A stretch of DNA of 64,000 nucleotides from a virus (lineage: Duplodnaviria > Caudoviricetes). Shown piece by piece: positions 1 through 9,667 of the stretch. Positions within the stretch are counted from its first letter, which is position 1, and each line of letters starts with the position of its first letter. The position numbers were made by a program, and so were the translations under genes. A model generated the notes under the pieces. That model saw only the letters and a list, made by a program, of their open reading frames with translations, ran no database searches and had not been told where the DNA came from. The stretch is from positions 2,131-66,130 of IMG/VR virus record IMGVR_UViG_3300026488_000027; one strand, written 5' to 3'.

Positions 1-70
1 GTTTATAAAAGACATTGAAGATACCATGACATCATCCCTCCCGAAAAAAGATTTTATTGATTAGAAAAAC

Positions 71-580
71 TTAGATTACTAAAGAAAAACCAGAATCAGT
101 TTTCTTCCACAGATTCTGGTTCTCAGTTGCAAGATAAAAATTATTGTGAAGAAATTTCTTATTTGAACATCTTTCGTCATACCTTCCTGTTTTTACATAA
201 TCAACAACATCAAGTAAATATTGATAGTGTCTTTTTACATAATCAAAATCAAATCCGGTGAATAAAACAAATTTTACGTCAGGAAATCTATTTTTTATTG
301 ACAGAATAAGGTTATAAATAAAAAGAACTCTTTTTTCATTATAAAGTGGTTCTCCACCAAGTAAGTGAACTTCTTTGACAAGCTCATGAGACAGTATATT
401 TGACAATCTTTCAACAACACTATTTACATCCTTTTCATAATCAGAAATATAGTTCCACAATTCCTTGTTATGACAATTTTTACATTTGTGCTGGCATCCA
501 GTAAAATAAAGTTCTACTGCAAATACATCTTCATTAATAGCATAAGGAGACACCTGTCCAACAATAACCGAGTCTTTCAT
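71..580 (-). CDS. nrdG: Anaerobic ribonucleotide reductase activating protein (radical SAM)
   Basis: FTGCQHKCKNCHNKELW (CxxxCxxC), LLGGEPL, VDYVKTGRY and ATENQ motifs typical of NrdG. Confidence 0.9.
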   Translation of the reverse strand: MKDSVIVGQVSPYAINEDVFAVELYFTGCQHKCKNCHNKELWNYISDYEKDVNSVVERLSNILSHELVKEVHLLGGEPLYNEKRVLFIYNLILSIKNRFPDVKFVLFTGFDFDYVKRHYQYLLDVVDYVKTGRYDERCSNKKFLHNNFYLATENQNLWKKTDSGFSLVI

Positions 581-598
581 CTTAATCCTCCAGCAAGG

Positions 599-892
599 TC
601 ATTTTATTAATGAAACTCTAAAACCTTTTCCACGAAGCATGTTAGTAAGCAATTCGGCTGCTTCTAAAGTCAAAAAAGGTATGTGAACATAAATTACACA
701 CTTCTTTCCTCTCTTGGTATTATGTATATTTAAGAACAAAGTATCAATATCACTTTCAGTAAATTCATCAAAAGTAAAACACAAGGTAGCACCATCAAAA
801 ACATCACCAAAAACTTCAGTTATGCCAGAAATACAATCTAAACAGCTTAATATTTCAGTCATTATTTCTTCTGCTGTAGATATCTTCTTCAT
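599..892 (-). CDS. Hypothetical protein
   Basis: 97-aa ORF packed in the minus-strand operon. Confidence 0.6.
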   Translation of the reverse strand: MKKISTAEEIMTEILSCLDCISGITEVFGDVFDGATLCFTFDEFTESDIDTLFLNIHNTKRGKKCVIYVHIPFLTLEAAELLTNMLRGKGFRVSLIK

Positions 893-1013
893 CCGTCTTT
901 GTTTTATCCTTCATTTTCAAAACCTTTTCATAGAAACAAGTTGCACAAACTATATTTCCATCTGCTAAGATAAAACCACTGCTTAATGAACATTCACACA
1001 AATAACATTTCAT
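855..1013 (-). CDS. Small zinc-finger-like protein
   Basis: MKCYLC...CATC; ATG at 1013 after GGAG. Confidence 0.5.
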   Translation of the reverse strand: MKCYLCECSLSSGFILADGNIVCATCFYEKVLKMKDKTKTDEEDIYSRRNND

Positions 1014-1348
1014 AGCAATCCTCCGTTTTCGGTTAAACAAGGTGCAATACCCACAATTTCTTCTAAATTAAGAACTATTCTGAAACCAGAATTTCTACTT
1101 GAAAACGGAAATACTGGTTCTATGTGAAATTGAACCTGTGGTTCATTCATTTCTGAATCAATAAATCCTGTATTCATAAGATAACTCGAACAAAGAAATG
1201 GATTTTCAAGAACTATGAATTTATCTGACACACTATAATCAACAAGCTTGCCTATAACAGCTTTGAAACCATCCTTCAATATAATTTGAACATCTGTTCC
1301 ATGCAACTTTTCAAGATCTTTCATAAAATACAAAACTCCATCATTCAT
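1010..1348 (-). CDS. Hypothetical protein (possible Sm-like fold)
   Basis: GGAGG RBS; VQIILKDG...GKLVDY...IVLENP resembles an Sm1 motif. Confidence 0.55.
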   Translation of the reverse strand: MNDGVLYFMKDLEKLHGTDVQIILKDGFKAVIGKLVDYSVSDKFIVLENPFLCSSYLMNTGFIDSEMNEPQVQFHIEPVFPFSSRNSGFRIVLNLEEIVGIAPCLTENGGLL

Positions 1349-1357
1349 TCTAACCTC

Positions 1358-1993
1358 CTATTTTACAGTCTCAAAATATGCATCAAAAATAAACTTATAT
1401 TCTTCGGGAATTGCTTCATACATCTTTCTTGCAAGTTCTCTTATTTCCCAATGTGCAGCTTTGTCTAATCTTAATCTAAAGAAATTAAAAAGACTTCTTG
1501 CATTGATAGTCATAACTAATTCAGTCTTCCAACATTCAGGCAAAAAGTATTTCAAATCATCTTGACACATACCGAATTCTTTCATTTTCTTCATTTCCAT
1601 AATCAAATTAAATACAGAATATCTTAGTGAATTCTTCTGTGAATCATCAAAATGTTCTGGAACTACAATAAATTTGTCCACATCCTGCATAGAACTTATC
1701 TGGTCAATGGCTCTGTTAAGGGTATATCTTGTGGACTTTACTGAATAGGATGCTATTCTATGTCTCACAAGCTCCTGCAACATCAACCTTGAACAACCTT
1801 CAATATGGAAGGTAAAATACAAATGTTCAAATACAGAATGATGACCTCTTTTCACCAGAGACTTTAGAAATTCCTTATCAGCTAATCCAATAGAATCAAA
1901 ATTACTGTCACTTCTACTTAAAGATTCATGACAAGTTCTCGCAGCCAAAACAACCAAGTAAAGACTTGAATGTGAAAGAAGTCTTACCTTCAT
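1358..1993 (-). CDS. thyX: FAD-dependent thymidylate synthase ThyX
   Basis: GHHSVFEH, QELVRHRIASYSVKSTRY, INARSL, AHWEIR; start MKVRLL after AGGAG. Confidence 0.96.
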   Translation of the reverse strand: MKVRLLSHSSLYLVVLAARTCHESLSRSDSNFDSIGLADKEFLKSLVKRGHHSVFEHLYFTFHIEGCSRLMLQELVRHRIASYSVKSTRYTLNRAIDQISSMQDVDKFIVVPEHFDDSQKNSLRYSVFNLIMEMKKMKEFGMCQDDLKYFLPECWKTELVMTINARSLFNFFRLRLDKAAHWEIRELARKMYEAIPEEYKFIFDAYFETVK

Positions 1994-2007
1994 TTGCTCT
2001 ACTCCTT

Positions 2008-2184
2008 TTAGTTTTTTGTGAAAATCCACTTATCAATAAACCAGAAAACACAAGCACCAAAAGCTTGTCCTATCATCAAATTTATCCACAATGGTAATCC
2101 CTGTTTCTCAAGGAAAAGCATCAGCGGCATCATCACCCATGCTGAAACTTGCCACCTCAAATGATACAACAAATATCTATTCAT
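2008..2184 (-). CDS. Small two-helix membrane protein
   Basis: Hydrophobic ORF, RWQVSAW...FWFIDKWIF. Confidence 0.6.
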   Translation of the reverse strand: MNRYLLYHLRWQVSAWVMMPLMLFLEKQGLPLWINLMIGQAFGACVFWFIDKWIFTKN

Positions 2185-2917
2185 GGTAATATATCTTATC
2201 TTTCCTAATGTCAAGTATTCCTACACTGCTAAATATAGGTGAAAGCTTAAACATCTTAGGTGATACTTTATAACCGAAGTTAAACTTTTTGGTATTATTA
2301 GCGTAGTGCCAAAATCTTTCAGTTCCTAAACCAGAATTTACATAATCTTCAAGAGACATGCTTCTTGCAAGTAGCAAATCATCTTCAAATTTATTACCAA
2401 GAAATGAAAAGACTTTGACACCAGACTGATACAATATGTTAGTAGCTACCTCTGAACAAAATCCTCCATCAGGATCAACATCTTTGGTTTTCTTAATCCA
2501 ATCAATGAATGGAGCTGTCACAAACCACACCAAACCAAGAAGAGAATACTTTTGCTTCCCTATCCTTTCTTCCCACAATCTATGAATCTTTGAATACTGA
2601 TATTCTGAAACTTCAATTCCTTTAACATAAATTCTGTAATTCACATAATCAGTAAAAATGTTTTCAATTGTTACCTTTGGAAATGTCGCCGAAACCACCA
2701 ATCCAGCACTTTCAAATGAATTAATTACATTTGCTCTATCCATAACTTTGACTTCAGACATTTTAGTTATGAATTTCTGAAACTGCTTTTCATTCCAAAT
2801 CATACCAACATGTGTTGCCTTTCCCCATGTTCTTATTTGAATCATAACTTGAACTGGAGCTATTTTCCAATTATACTTCAATGGTTCAAACACAAGAAAA
2901 TAAACTTCTTTTTTCAT
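2177..2917 (-). CDS. Permuted papain-like NlpC/P60 (YiiX/YebB-like) enzyme
   Basis: N-terminal THVGM His, central KYSLLG, later FCSEV Cys, i.e. circularly permuted catalytic order. Confidence 0.7.
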   Translation of the reverse strand: MKKEVYFLVFEPLKYNWKIAPVQVMIQIRTWGKATHVGMIWNEKQFQKFITKMSEVKVMDRANVINSFESAGLVVSATFPKVTIENIFTDYVNYRIYVKGIEVSEYQYSKIHRLWEERIGKQKYSLLGLVWFVTAPFIDWIKKTKDVDPDGGFCSEVATNILYQSGVKVFSFLGNKFEDDLLLARSMSLEDYVNSGLGTERFWHYANNTKKFNFGYKVSPKMFKLSPIFSSVGILDIRKDKIYYHE

Positions 2918-3678
2918 AACATTTCCTCCAAAGAGGTCTTAATTTTGTTCAAACAAGTTTCTATGTCATCTTCTATTGATCTTACTCTTTCACCATAAAG
3001 TGATACAAAAACTTCGTGTAGTATCTTTTGTTTTGCAAAGGGATCAGTCTCTTCTCTTTTCTCAATAACTTTGTTCAGTAGTGAATAACAATCATTATAT
3101 AGAGAAGCCCACTTCAATCTCTTTTCCTTTGCTTCTGATATGGGAACTTCCATAAAATCAAAATCAACCTTCTTGGCTATAAATTCAAATGTGGCAGGAG
3201 AAAATCTTTCATTCTCAAGCAAAGCAAAACCAAATGTTACATAATATGGAACATTTATGACAGACCACAATTCTGACTCTTTCATGTCTGGACTTGAGGT
3301 AACACTATCTATGTAAAGTGAAACAGCCTGCTGGCTTTTTTCACGAATGTTAGGTGTTTTTTCAACATTATAATACAAGGAAAATTCATATATTTTATCA
3401 TCAGGTAAAACAATTACAGGAATTTCTTTATCATTTCCAAGAATAGCCTTTGCTGCTTCTACTCTGTGCTGTCCATCTGCCACATAATAAGTTCCATCCT
3501 TCTTAACAACCAGTGGGAAAGAAACAAACCCAAGCTTTAACATAGAAGCTGTAAGAGATTGTAAAAGTGTTCTGGAAATCTTACGCTGATATTTAGAAAT
3601 CTCTAAAGACTCAATAGGCACAAATTCAAGTTTCAACCGGACACCATTGATAGGTTCAGTAAACTCAAACTCCTTCAT
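2914..3678 (-). CDS. ParB/Srx-like N-terminal domain protein
   Basis: YQRKIS...LGFVSFPLVV...YVADGQHRVEA. Confidence 0.8.
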   Translation of the reverse strand: MKEFEFTEPINGVRLKLEFVPIESLEISKYQRKISRTLLQSLTASMLKLGFVSFPLVVKKDGTYYVADGQHRVEAAKAILGNDKEIPVIVLPDDKIYEFSLYYNVEKTPNIREKSQQAVSLYIDSVTSSPDMKESELWSVINVPYYVTFGFALLENERFSPATFEFIAKKVDFDFMEVPISEAKEKRLKWASLYNDCYSLLNKVIEKREETDPFAKQKILHEVFVSLYGERVRSIEDDIETCLNKIKTSLEEML

Positions 3679-3718
3679 ACCGACAAACCTCCTTTTCCTT
3701 CAGTTTATCTTGTCTATT

Positions 3719-3746
3719 AGTATAACACAAGCAGAAAATTTGTCAA
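3719..3746 (-). promoter_or_regulatory. Sigma70-type promoter for the ParB-like to nrdG genes
   Basis: TTGACA-N16-TATACT with extended -10 TG on the minus strand, intergenic. Confidence 0.7.
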
Positions 3747-3750
3747 GTGG

Positions 3751-4200
3751 TCAAAGTAAATTTATTTCCTCAAGAATTGAACAAGCTTCACTTATTTTCT
3801 TAAATTTTTCTGGATCAGACTGGGCAAGTTTCATAAAAAACTGTGGTCTATCATTAAGTAGTTTTACAAAAAACAAAACATCTGTTAATTCTCTTGGTGG
3901 AACCCTAACTTTTTCTCCTCCAAACACAGATAAAACAAATTTAGCTGCTTTATAAGCTATATCAAGAATTCGTTCTCTACTTTCCAATTTTATCTTTTCT
4001 GACTCGTCAGCCATACTATAAAGTTTTTCAACAGTATCCCATCCAAATTCATCCAACAAAAAAGCAAAAGAAACACCTATCCCTTCTTTGGCACGAAATG
4101 CTCTTTCAAGGATTTCCTTTGGAGGTCGTTCTGAAAAATAACTCTTCTCTAAAAGAAGTTTGAAAACATCTTTTTTATCCGAAAACCTTTTTCGCTGCAT
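3751..4200 (-). CDS. Hypothetical protein with a Mor-activator-like motif
   Basis: KFVLSVFGGEKVRVP resembles the FGG-x-IYIP motif of the Mor/C family; no clear HTH. Confidence 0.45.
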   Translation of the reverse strand: MQRKRFSDKKDVFKLLLEKSYFSERPPKEILERAFRAKEGIGVSFAFLLDEFGWDTVEKLYSMADESEKIKLESRERILDIAYKAAKFVLSVFGGEKVRVPPRELTDVLFFVKLLNDRPQFFMKLAQSDPEKFKKISEACSILEEINLL

Positions 4201-4435
4201 CAGCTAACTCCATTCTAAACTGTTTCACTTCTGGATTTATATCAGGAACTTTCTGAAAGAAATCTATTACTGTTTCAACATCAAATTCTTCAAGAATCTT
4301 TCGCATTTCATCATTCATGCAAATTGTATAGATATTCATGTTCAAAAATGAATCAAGATCTCTTACTATATTTGTTTCTTTCAACAAAAAAAGAAATCTT
4401 TTTATATTTGTTACTTCTTGCATGAGTTCAGGCAC
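4175..4435 (-). CDS. Hypothetical protein
   Basis: 86-aa ORF overlapping its neighbours in the operon. Confidence 0.55.
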   Translation of the reverse strand: MPELMQEVTNIKRFLFLLKETNIVRDLDSFLNMNIYTICMNDEMRKILEEFDVETVIDFFQKVPDINPEVKQFRMELADAAKKVFG

Positions 4436-4956
4436 TCCAAGATGGTGTCACGATCCACTATTGATAGAAAATCAGAAAAGAGATAAAAATCAAATGGATA
4501 AGGTTTGTATAAACGAAGAATCTTCTTTCCATTAAGTTGGCTTTTTAAGTAGCATAGTTTTTTTGATACATAAACATCTACAGCACACATAATTGGATAC
4601 CGATCAAGTTTAAAAACTAAAAGACCATATCTTCCACTTTCACCTGCTTCAACTCTAAGTTTTCTCAACCATCCAAGTAAAGGAACAGATTTATCTCCTG
4701 CAATCACTCCAAATAAGTTGAACCTTCTTGTCCTTTTACATTCAATCACAAATAAATCAAGCAGTGGTCTTCCACATTCATTGATATATGTAATATCACC
4801 AAGTTGTTTTGAAGAAATATGGCTTGCTGCTCCCGAAGCATGTGTTCTCCAGAAAACCAATTCGCCTTTCTTGTAAAGATCAGGTGCCCACCACCTTGAA
4901 AGTATTTTTGCTACATCTCTTTCAAAATCTGATCCTTTTCTCTTAGACTGAGACAT
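4411..4956 (-). CDS. Holliday junction resolvase (Hjc-like PD-(D/E)xK)
   Basis: SKRKGSDFERDVAKIL, RTHASGA, GDI, IECKR. Confidence 0.88.
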   Translation of the reverse strand: MSQSKRKGSDFERDVAKILSRWWAPDLYKKGELVFWRTHASGAASHISSKQLGDITYINECGRPLLDLFVIECKRTRRFNLFGVIAGDKSVPLLGWLRKLRVEAGESGRYGLLVFKLDRYPIMCAVDVYVSKKLCYLKSQLNGKKILRLYKPYPFDFYLFSDFLSIVDRDTILECLNSCKK

Positions 4957-4959
4957 GGT

Positions 4960-5514
4960 TCACACTCCTGTGGAACCGATTCCTTTACTTCCCCTTGTCG
5001 TAGGAAAAATAATATCAAATTTATCATAAAGTTCTTCATTAAACATAAACAACATTCTTATTGTATCTGGTATTTCATAATTTGCTGGAGTTAAAGACAA
5101 CTGAAATGTCATCTGTGCTAACCTTGTTCCACTTGGGACATAAGCTTTTCCGAATTTGTTGTAAAGTAAACTCGTATTAAAACAACATAGAATTAACTTA
5201 CAATCACCTCTATAAGATGGGTCAATTGTTGCTGGAGAATTAGGAATCCACAATCCATATTTATGTAGAGAAGATCTTGGTCTTATTTCAGCCATCACAT
5301 AAGGAGGAAGTTTTACCTTTACTCCAGTTTCAGCAATTACAGCACAATCTGGTGCATCATTAAAATAAATATCATTTAAAGGAGAAAGATCCACTCCAAA
5401 ATCACTACCACTTATTCTGACATTTTTATTTTTTAGAGCAACAACAACATCAAACTTTGTGAGATTCAAGTCATGTATTGAAGTATTTTCCATCACTACT
5501 GTTTCTACAAACAT
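4960..5514 (-). CDS. dut: Trimeric dUTPase
   Basis: GVDL, EIRPRSS, TIDPSYRG, RLAQ, RGSKGIGSTG. Confidence 0.93.
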   Translation of the reverse strand: MFVETVVMENTSIHDLNLTKFDVVVALKNKNVRISGSDFGVDLSPLNDIYFNDAPDCAVIAETGVKVKLPPYVMAEIRPRSSLHKYGLWIPNSPATIDPSYRGDCKLILCCFNTSLLYNKFGKAYVPSGTRLAQMTFQLSLTPANYEIPDTIRMLFMFNEELYDKFDIIFPTTRGSKGIGSTGV

Positions 5515-5535
5515 AGAAACCTCCCACATCAAAAT

Positions 5536-7341
5536 TTAACATTGAACTGAAGAAACTGTTGAAATACCATTTTCTTTTCTAACAGATATAATGCAATCAA
5601 ACCTATCAGCAAATTCTGGAGAATGATCAATTACAAAAACTTGATTTTTTGTTGCAAGTTCACTAAGTAGTTGAAATACTTTATTTTTTCTTTCAAGATC
5701 AAGATTTCTAAGCGGTTCATCAAAGAAAAAGACACCTATATTCTTTCCTATAACATTTACCGCAAGATCATGCAAGGTCAAAGCAAGAGCTATTCTGGCA
5801 ACCTGCTTTTCTCCCGAAGATAAATTCTTAAATGAAAACTTATTTCTTCGCCTCTTGAAAGAAAATTCTATCTTTGTATCATCTATGAAAACTTCAACGG
5901 TATAGTCAACACCAAGGTATTTTAAATAATGATTCATTCTATCTGCAATAAGAGACATTATATTGTGAACTAACTTCCTCTTTAATTCAGGAAAACCATC
6001 TTTCCAAAACTGATAAATTTGTAGTTGTTTCTCAAAATCTGCTTTTGCTTCGTTCAGACTGCTTATCTTAGCAAGAACTGCATTTAGCTTTTCCTTTCTT
6101 TCTTCTTCAAGTTTACGATAAGGATTTTCTTCTGAAGTGATTGTAACTATTCTTTCAGACAAATCCTTTATTTTAGCTCGCAACAAAGAAATTTCATCCT
6201 TTATTCTTTCCTGTTTTAATTTAAGTCTAAGTTTTTCGTGCTCAATGCTGGTAACCTTTTCTACAATGAGCTTCAACTGTGCTATTGATGATTTGATCTT
6301 ATCTCTTTCATCTATTAATTTCTCCATTTCTTCTGATAATTTTTCCATCTCATTAGCAATTTCAGCACGCCTTTCTTTCAATTCAGAAGCAAGTTCTTGA
6401 TTTTTTAGATTAGAACCGCACAGAGGACATCTCTTTTTCTTATTTACAAACTTTAAATGTTCACCATACTTATGATAATCTGAATTAAGAACCTCATACT
6501 GAGCTTTTAATTCTTCAAGTTTTTTATTCACTTTATCAAGATTTCTTTCATGAACACTTATTCTGTATTCAACAGTTGCAACATCCATATCTGCCAATTC
6601 TTTTTCAAGCTTTTGCATCTTTTGCTTAAGTGTTTCAGCTTCTTCCCTCAGTTTATCTATCTTATCAAATAAACTTCTCTTTTCCTTTTCAATGTTAGCT
6701 ATAACGGCCTTTCTTTCATGTTCCCACTCAACTATCTTTTCAGCATAGCTCTTTTCAAGCTCTTTGGCTCTTCCTACAAATTGTGCTATTTTCACTTCAA
6801 CATCTCTAATGTTAGATTCTATTGTTTTAATCTTACCTGAAACTCTCTTTAAACATCTGTCAAACAATGACAAATTAAACAATGTTGCAAGGAAATTCAG
6901 TCTCTGTGAAGGAGACATATCAAAGATAGAATTCCAATCTGATCCAACAAACACACAAGCAAAAAAGGTTTTTACATCACAACCAATAAATCTATTGATT
7001 ATTTCTTGTCTCTGTGTTTTAGTCAAGTTTTCAGATGCACCGCTCACAAACAAATCTGATACAGTTCTTTTTACTTCAAATGGTTTGTCTCTTTCAAGAA
7101 AGAGATGAATTTCATAATCATCTTCACCTAATCTTATACATTCAGCAGAAGTTAATCCAGATGGAGAACGACCAAACAAACCCACTGCAACAGCTTCCAG
7201 CAATGAAGTCTTTCCTGATCCTATACTACCACCAGCATCAAAGTTTTCACCTTTTACTAAAAACAATCCTTTGGTCTTTGGAATATCTATTTCAGCATCT
7301 CCAAAAGACTTGAAGTTTTTTACTTTCAACTTTCTAACCAT
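5536..7341 (-). CDS. sbcC: SbcC/Rad50-like ATPase (gp46-like)
   Basis: Walker A GSGKTS, zinc hook CPLCG within coiled coil, LSSGEK signature, FFDEP. Confidence 0.95.
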   Translation of the reverse strand: MVRKLKVKNFKSFGDAEIDIPKTKGLFLVKGENFDAGGSIGSGKTSLLEAVAVGLFGRSPSGLTSAECIRLGEDDYEIHLFLERDKPFEVKRTVSDLFVSGASENLTKTQRQEIINRFIGCDVKTFFACVFVGSDWNSIFDMSPSQRLNFLATLFNLSLFDRCLKRVSGKIKTIESNIRDVEVKIAQFVGRAKELEKSYAEKIVEWEHERKAVIANIEKEKRSLFDKIDKLREEAETLKQKMQKLEKELADMDVATVEYRISVHERNLDKVNKKLEELKAQYEVLNSDYHKYGEHLKFVNKKKRCPLCGSNLKNQELASELKERRAEIANEMEKLSEEMEKLIDERDKIKSSIAQLKLIVEKVTSIEHEKLRLKLKQERIKDEISLLRAKIKDLSERIVTITSEENPYRKLEEERKEKLNAVLAKISSLNEAKADFEKQLQIYQFWKDGFPELKRKLVHNIMSLIADRMNHYLKYLGVDYTVEVFIDDTKIEFSFKRRRNKFSFKNLSSGEKQVARIALALTLHDLAVNVIGKNIGVFFFDEPLRNLDLERKNKVFQLLSELATKNQVFVIDHSPEFADRFDCIISVRKENGISTVSSVQC

Positions 7342-7344
7342 GCC

Positions 7345-8388
7345 TTATCTCCTGCAAACTCTAATCAATTCAAGACCAACTGAAATAATTTCATCTTTGT
7401 TTTCTGGTTTTTTAGAAGCTACATATTCTTGTAACATTTGTTCAAGATCAAATAATCTGTTTACTTCAAGAACCGATGATGCTTCATCAAATTCTATTTC
7501 CTCATCAATAAACAGTTTGTCAACATTCTTTATTTTGTCTCTAACAATTTCTTCAACATAAGAAGCACTTAATCCTTTTGGAATATTAATCATCAAATTA
7601 ACTGGATTCTGAGGAAACAAATCAGAAATTTCTGTTATAGTGTTAACAAGCTTGTTTCTTGTATTAACAATTCGTCTTCTAATGGTGATATAAACAGGCA
7701 ATTCCGGAAGTCTGTCAATAAAATCAATCTTTTTTACTTTCCCATTATTGAACAACAAAATTCCATGGAATAATCTTTCTGATTCAAAGAAAGAATCTCT
7801 AAAATCTCGCTGAAAAACACTTCCAACATGGAAATACTGATCATTGTGAGAAGAAAATTGATGAATGTGTCCAGCAAAAGCAAATCTAACATTATTAACA
7901 TTCAAAATATCAATGACATTGCTTTCATCAGAATAAAAATTTCTTGAAAATGGCAAAAGTTGGTTATGACAAAAAACAATTGAATTTTCTTTGTTCAAAG
8001 TAAGCTCATTTAAAACTTTTCTAAATTCAGTATAATCTCTACGATATGCAATGAAGATAAGATTTGAACTTCTGGTCTCTATTACTTCTCTATCAGTAAC
8101 TCTGACCGTTATTCTGTTAAGAAATGGTGCTGTAATTGAATCATGAGAAATATCATGATTTCCAAGAATGAAAACCTTTTCTGGCACATTCAAGTTGAAA
8201 ACAAATTCGTCTACAAGTTCATACAAAACATTAGGAATTCTATCTTTACTTTCAAACAAATCTCCAAGAAATACAAACAACTGAGGTTTTAATTCATTCA
8301 CTACTTTCACAATTTCATTCAAAACAAGTTTACAACGATCAAGGTAGCTCTCATGTAAGTGAAGATCTCCTACTATGGCTATCTTCAT
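7345..8388 (-). CDS. sbcD: SbcD/Mre11-like nuclease (gp47-like)
   Basis: GDLH, LGDLF, GNHD, GHIH metallophosphoesterase motifs adjacent to sbcC. Confidence 0.93.
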   Translation of the reverse strand: MKIAIVGDLHLHESYLDRCKLVLNEIVKVVNELKPQLFVFLGDLFESKDRIPNVLYELVDEFVFNLNVPEKVFILGNHDISHDSITAPFLNRITVRVTDREVIETRSSNLIFIAYRRDYTEFRKVLNELTLNKENSIVFCHNQLLPFSRNFYSDESNVIDILNVNNVRFAFAGHIHQFSSHNDQYFHVGSVFQRDFRDSFFESERLFHGILLFNNGKVKKIDFIDRLPELPVYITIRRRIVNTRNKLVNTITEISDLFPQNPVNLMINIPKGLSASYVEEIVRDKIKNVDKLFIDEEIEFDEASSVLEVNRLFDLEQMLQEYVASKKPENKDEIISVGLELIRVCRR

Positions 8389-8393
8389 ACTTT

Positions 8394-9395
8394 CTACTCC
8401 CACAAAATGAATGAACTTGGACGATTAGTTTTTGATTCTTCAATTATATCATTCCAAACCTTTTCAACTTCTTTCCTCAAATCATTTATCTTTCCAAGCT
8501 CTATCACTTTTTCAGCAAGACCACTTGGACCAAGTCCCTTTACATCATTCCAAACCCACCAAGCACCAGACTTAGAAATCAAACCACAATCTGAGAGAAA
8601 CTTTAGGCAAGATCCAACATCATCTATACCACTATCAAAGTAAATTGAAAATGATCCAGATTTAAATGGTGCAGCAAGTCTGTTCTTCTTTATTGTGAAT
8701 GTTATGTCTACACCAATAGGAAATTCCTTGTTCTTTATCTTCTTCTTGATTATGCCATCTTTCTTAACATAAATATCAACATGTATTGCATGTCTTATTC
8801 CTCTACCACCAGAATAGGTTTCCTTTCTACCATAAACTCCTATACTTTCTCTCACCTGTGAGATAACAAACAGAATCGCATTCTTTTTCTTTAAGACGCT
8901 CATGATTCTTTTGGCTGTTTCACTCATCTTCTTTGCTACTTCAGCTCCATAAGAAGAATCTCCTATATCAGCTTTCAGTCTGTCCTCAGTAAGTAAAGCA
9001 TCAAGACTATCAACAACATAAAACAAGAAATCTTCTTCCTTCAGATTTTTAAGTCGTGTTATAAAATCTCCAAAAACATCTTCAAATGAAGAACCCGTGA
9101 TAAGCTCAAAACCATCATTCTCCATTACTTTTTCATACATGGCTGGATTAAGTTGAGCAAGAAAACTATCAAGAAAACCACCTTCTACATCATTATAAAC
9201 TATTTGAGGATTCAATCCTTTCTTAATGGCATAATTCAATGCATGAAACATTCCTTGCATTGCAAGAAAAGATTTTCCACTTCCCTCTTCTCCGTAAATG
9301 TGGTAAAATTTTCCAGGAACATATCCAACATCATACTTGTTAGTTATTGCAAGATTTAGCAATGTTGAACCTGTTGTAAAACCATCAAGTGTCAT
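8394..9395 (-). CDS. recA: RecA/UvsX recombinase
   Basis: TGSTLLNLA, GEEGSGKS, VVDSLDAL, SQVRE, GGRG, KKNRLAAPFK, KSGAWW. Confidence 0.95.
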   Translation of the reverse strand: MTLDGFTTGSTLLNLAITNKYDVGYVPGKFYHIYGEEGSGKSFLAMQGMFHALNYAIKKGLNPQIVYNDVEGGFLDSFLAQLNPAMYEKVMENDGFELITGSSFEDVFGDFITRLKNLKEEDFLFYVVDSLDALLTEDRLKADIGDSSYGAEVAKKMSETAKRIMSVLKKKNAILFVISQVRESIGVYGRKETYSGGRGIRHAIHVDIYVKKDGIIKKKIKNKEFPIGVDITFTIKKNRLAAPFKSGSFSIYFDSGIDDVGSCLKFLSDCGLISKSGAWWVWNDVKGLGPSGLAEKVIELGKINDLRKEVEKVWNDIIEESKTNRPSSFILWE

Positions 9396-9667
9396 TATTC
9401 ATCACCTCCACTCTTCAGCAGAACAATTCTAAATGCACGCAAAGCAATAGAAAGCCACAAAGCACTTCCAAATGACACGGAAGGAATCTTCTCAAAAACA
9501 GAGTGTAGTGCATAGAATCCACACCAAATAAGACCTGCATCCAGAACAATTTCCACAAGAACCGCAATAAAAGTTACAAAGAAAATAGCAAAGAATAAAG
9601 TTCTACTTTCTCCATAAACCTTCTTCAACTTTTCTATAAGATCCTTCAGTTTAAAGAAGCTCATCAT
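9395..9667 (-). CDS. Small membrane protein
   Basis: Two hydrophobic segments. Confidence 0.6.
   Translation of the reverse strand: MMSFFKLKDLIEKLKKVYGESRTLFFAIFFVTFIAVLVEIVLDAGLIWCGFYALHSVFEKIPSVSFGSALWLSIALRAFRIVLLKSGGDE

Noticed and set aside
2914-3678. DndB / phosphorothioation system suggested by the DGQHR motif
   Set aside because: The motif is shared with ParB/Srx domains, and no dndACDE or ssp genes are present
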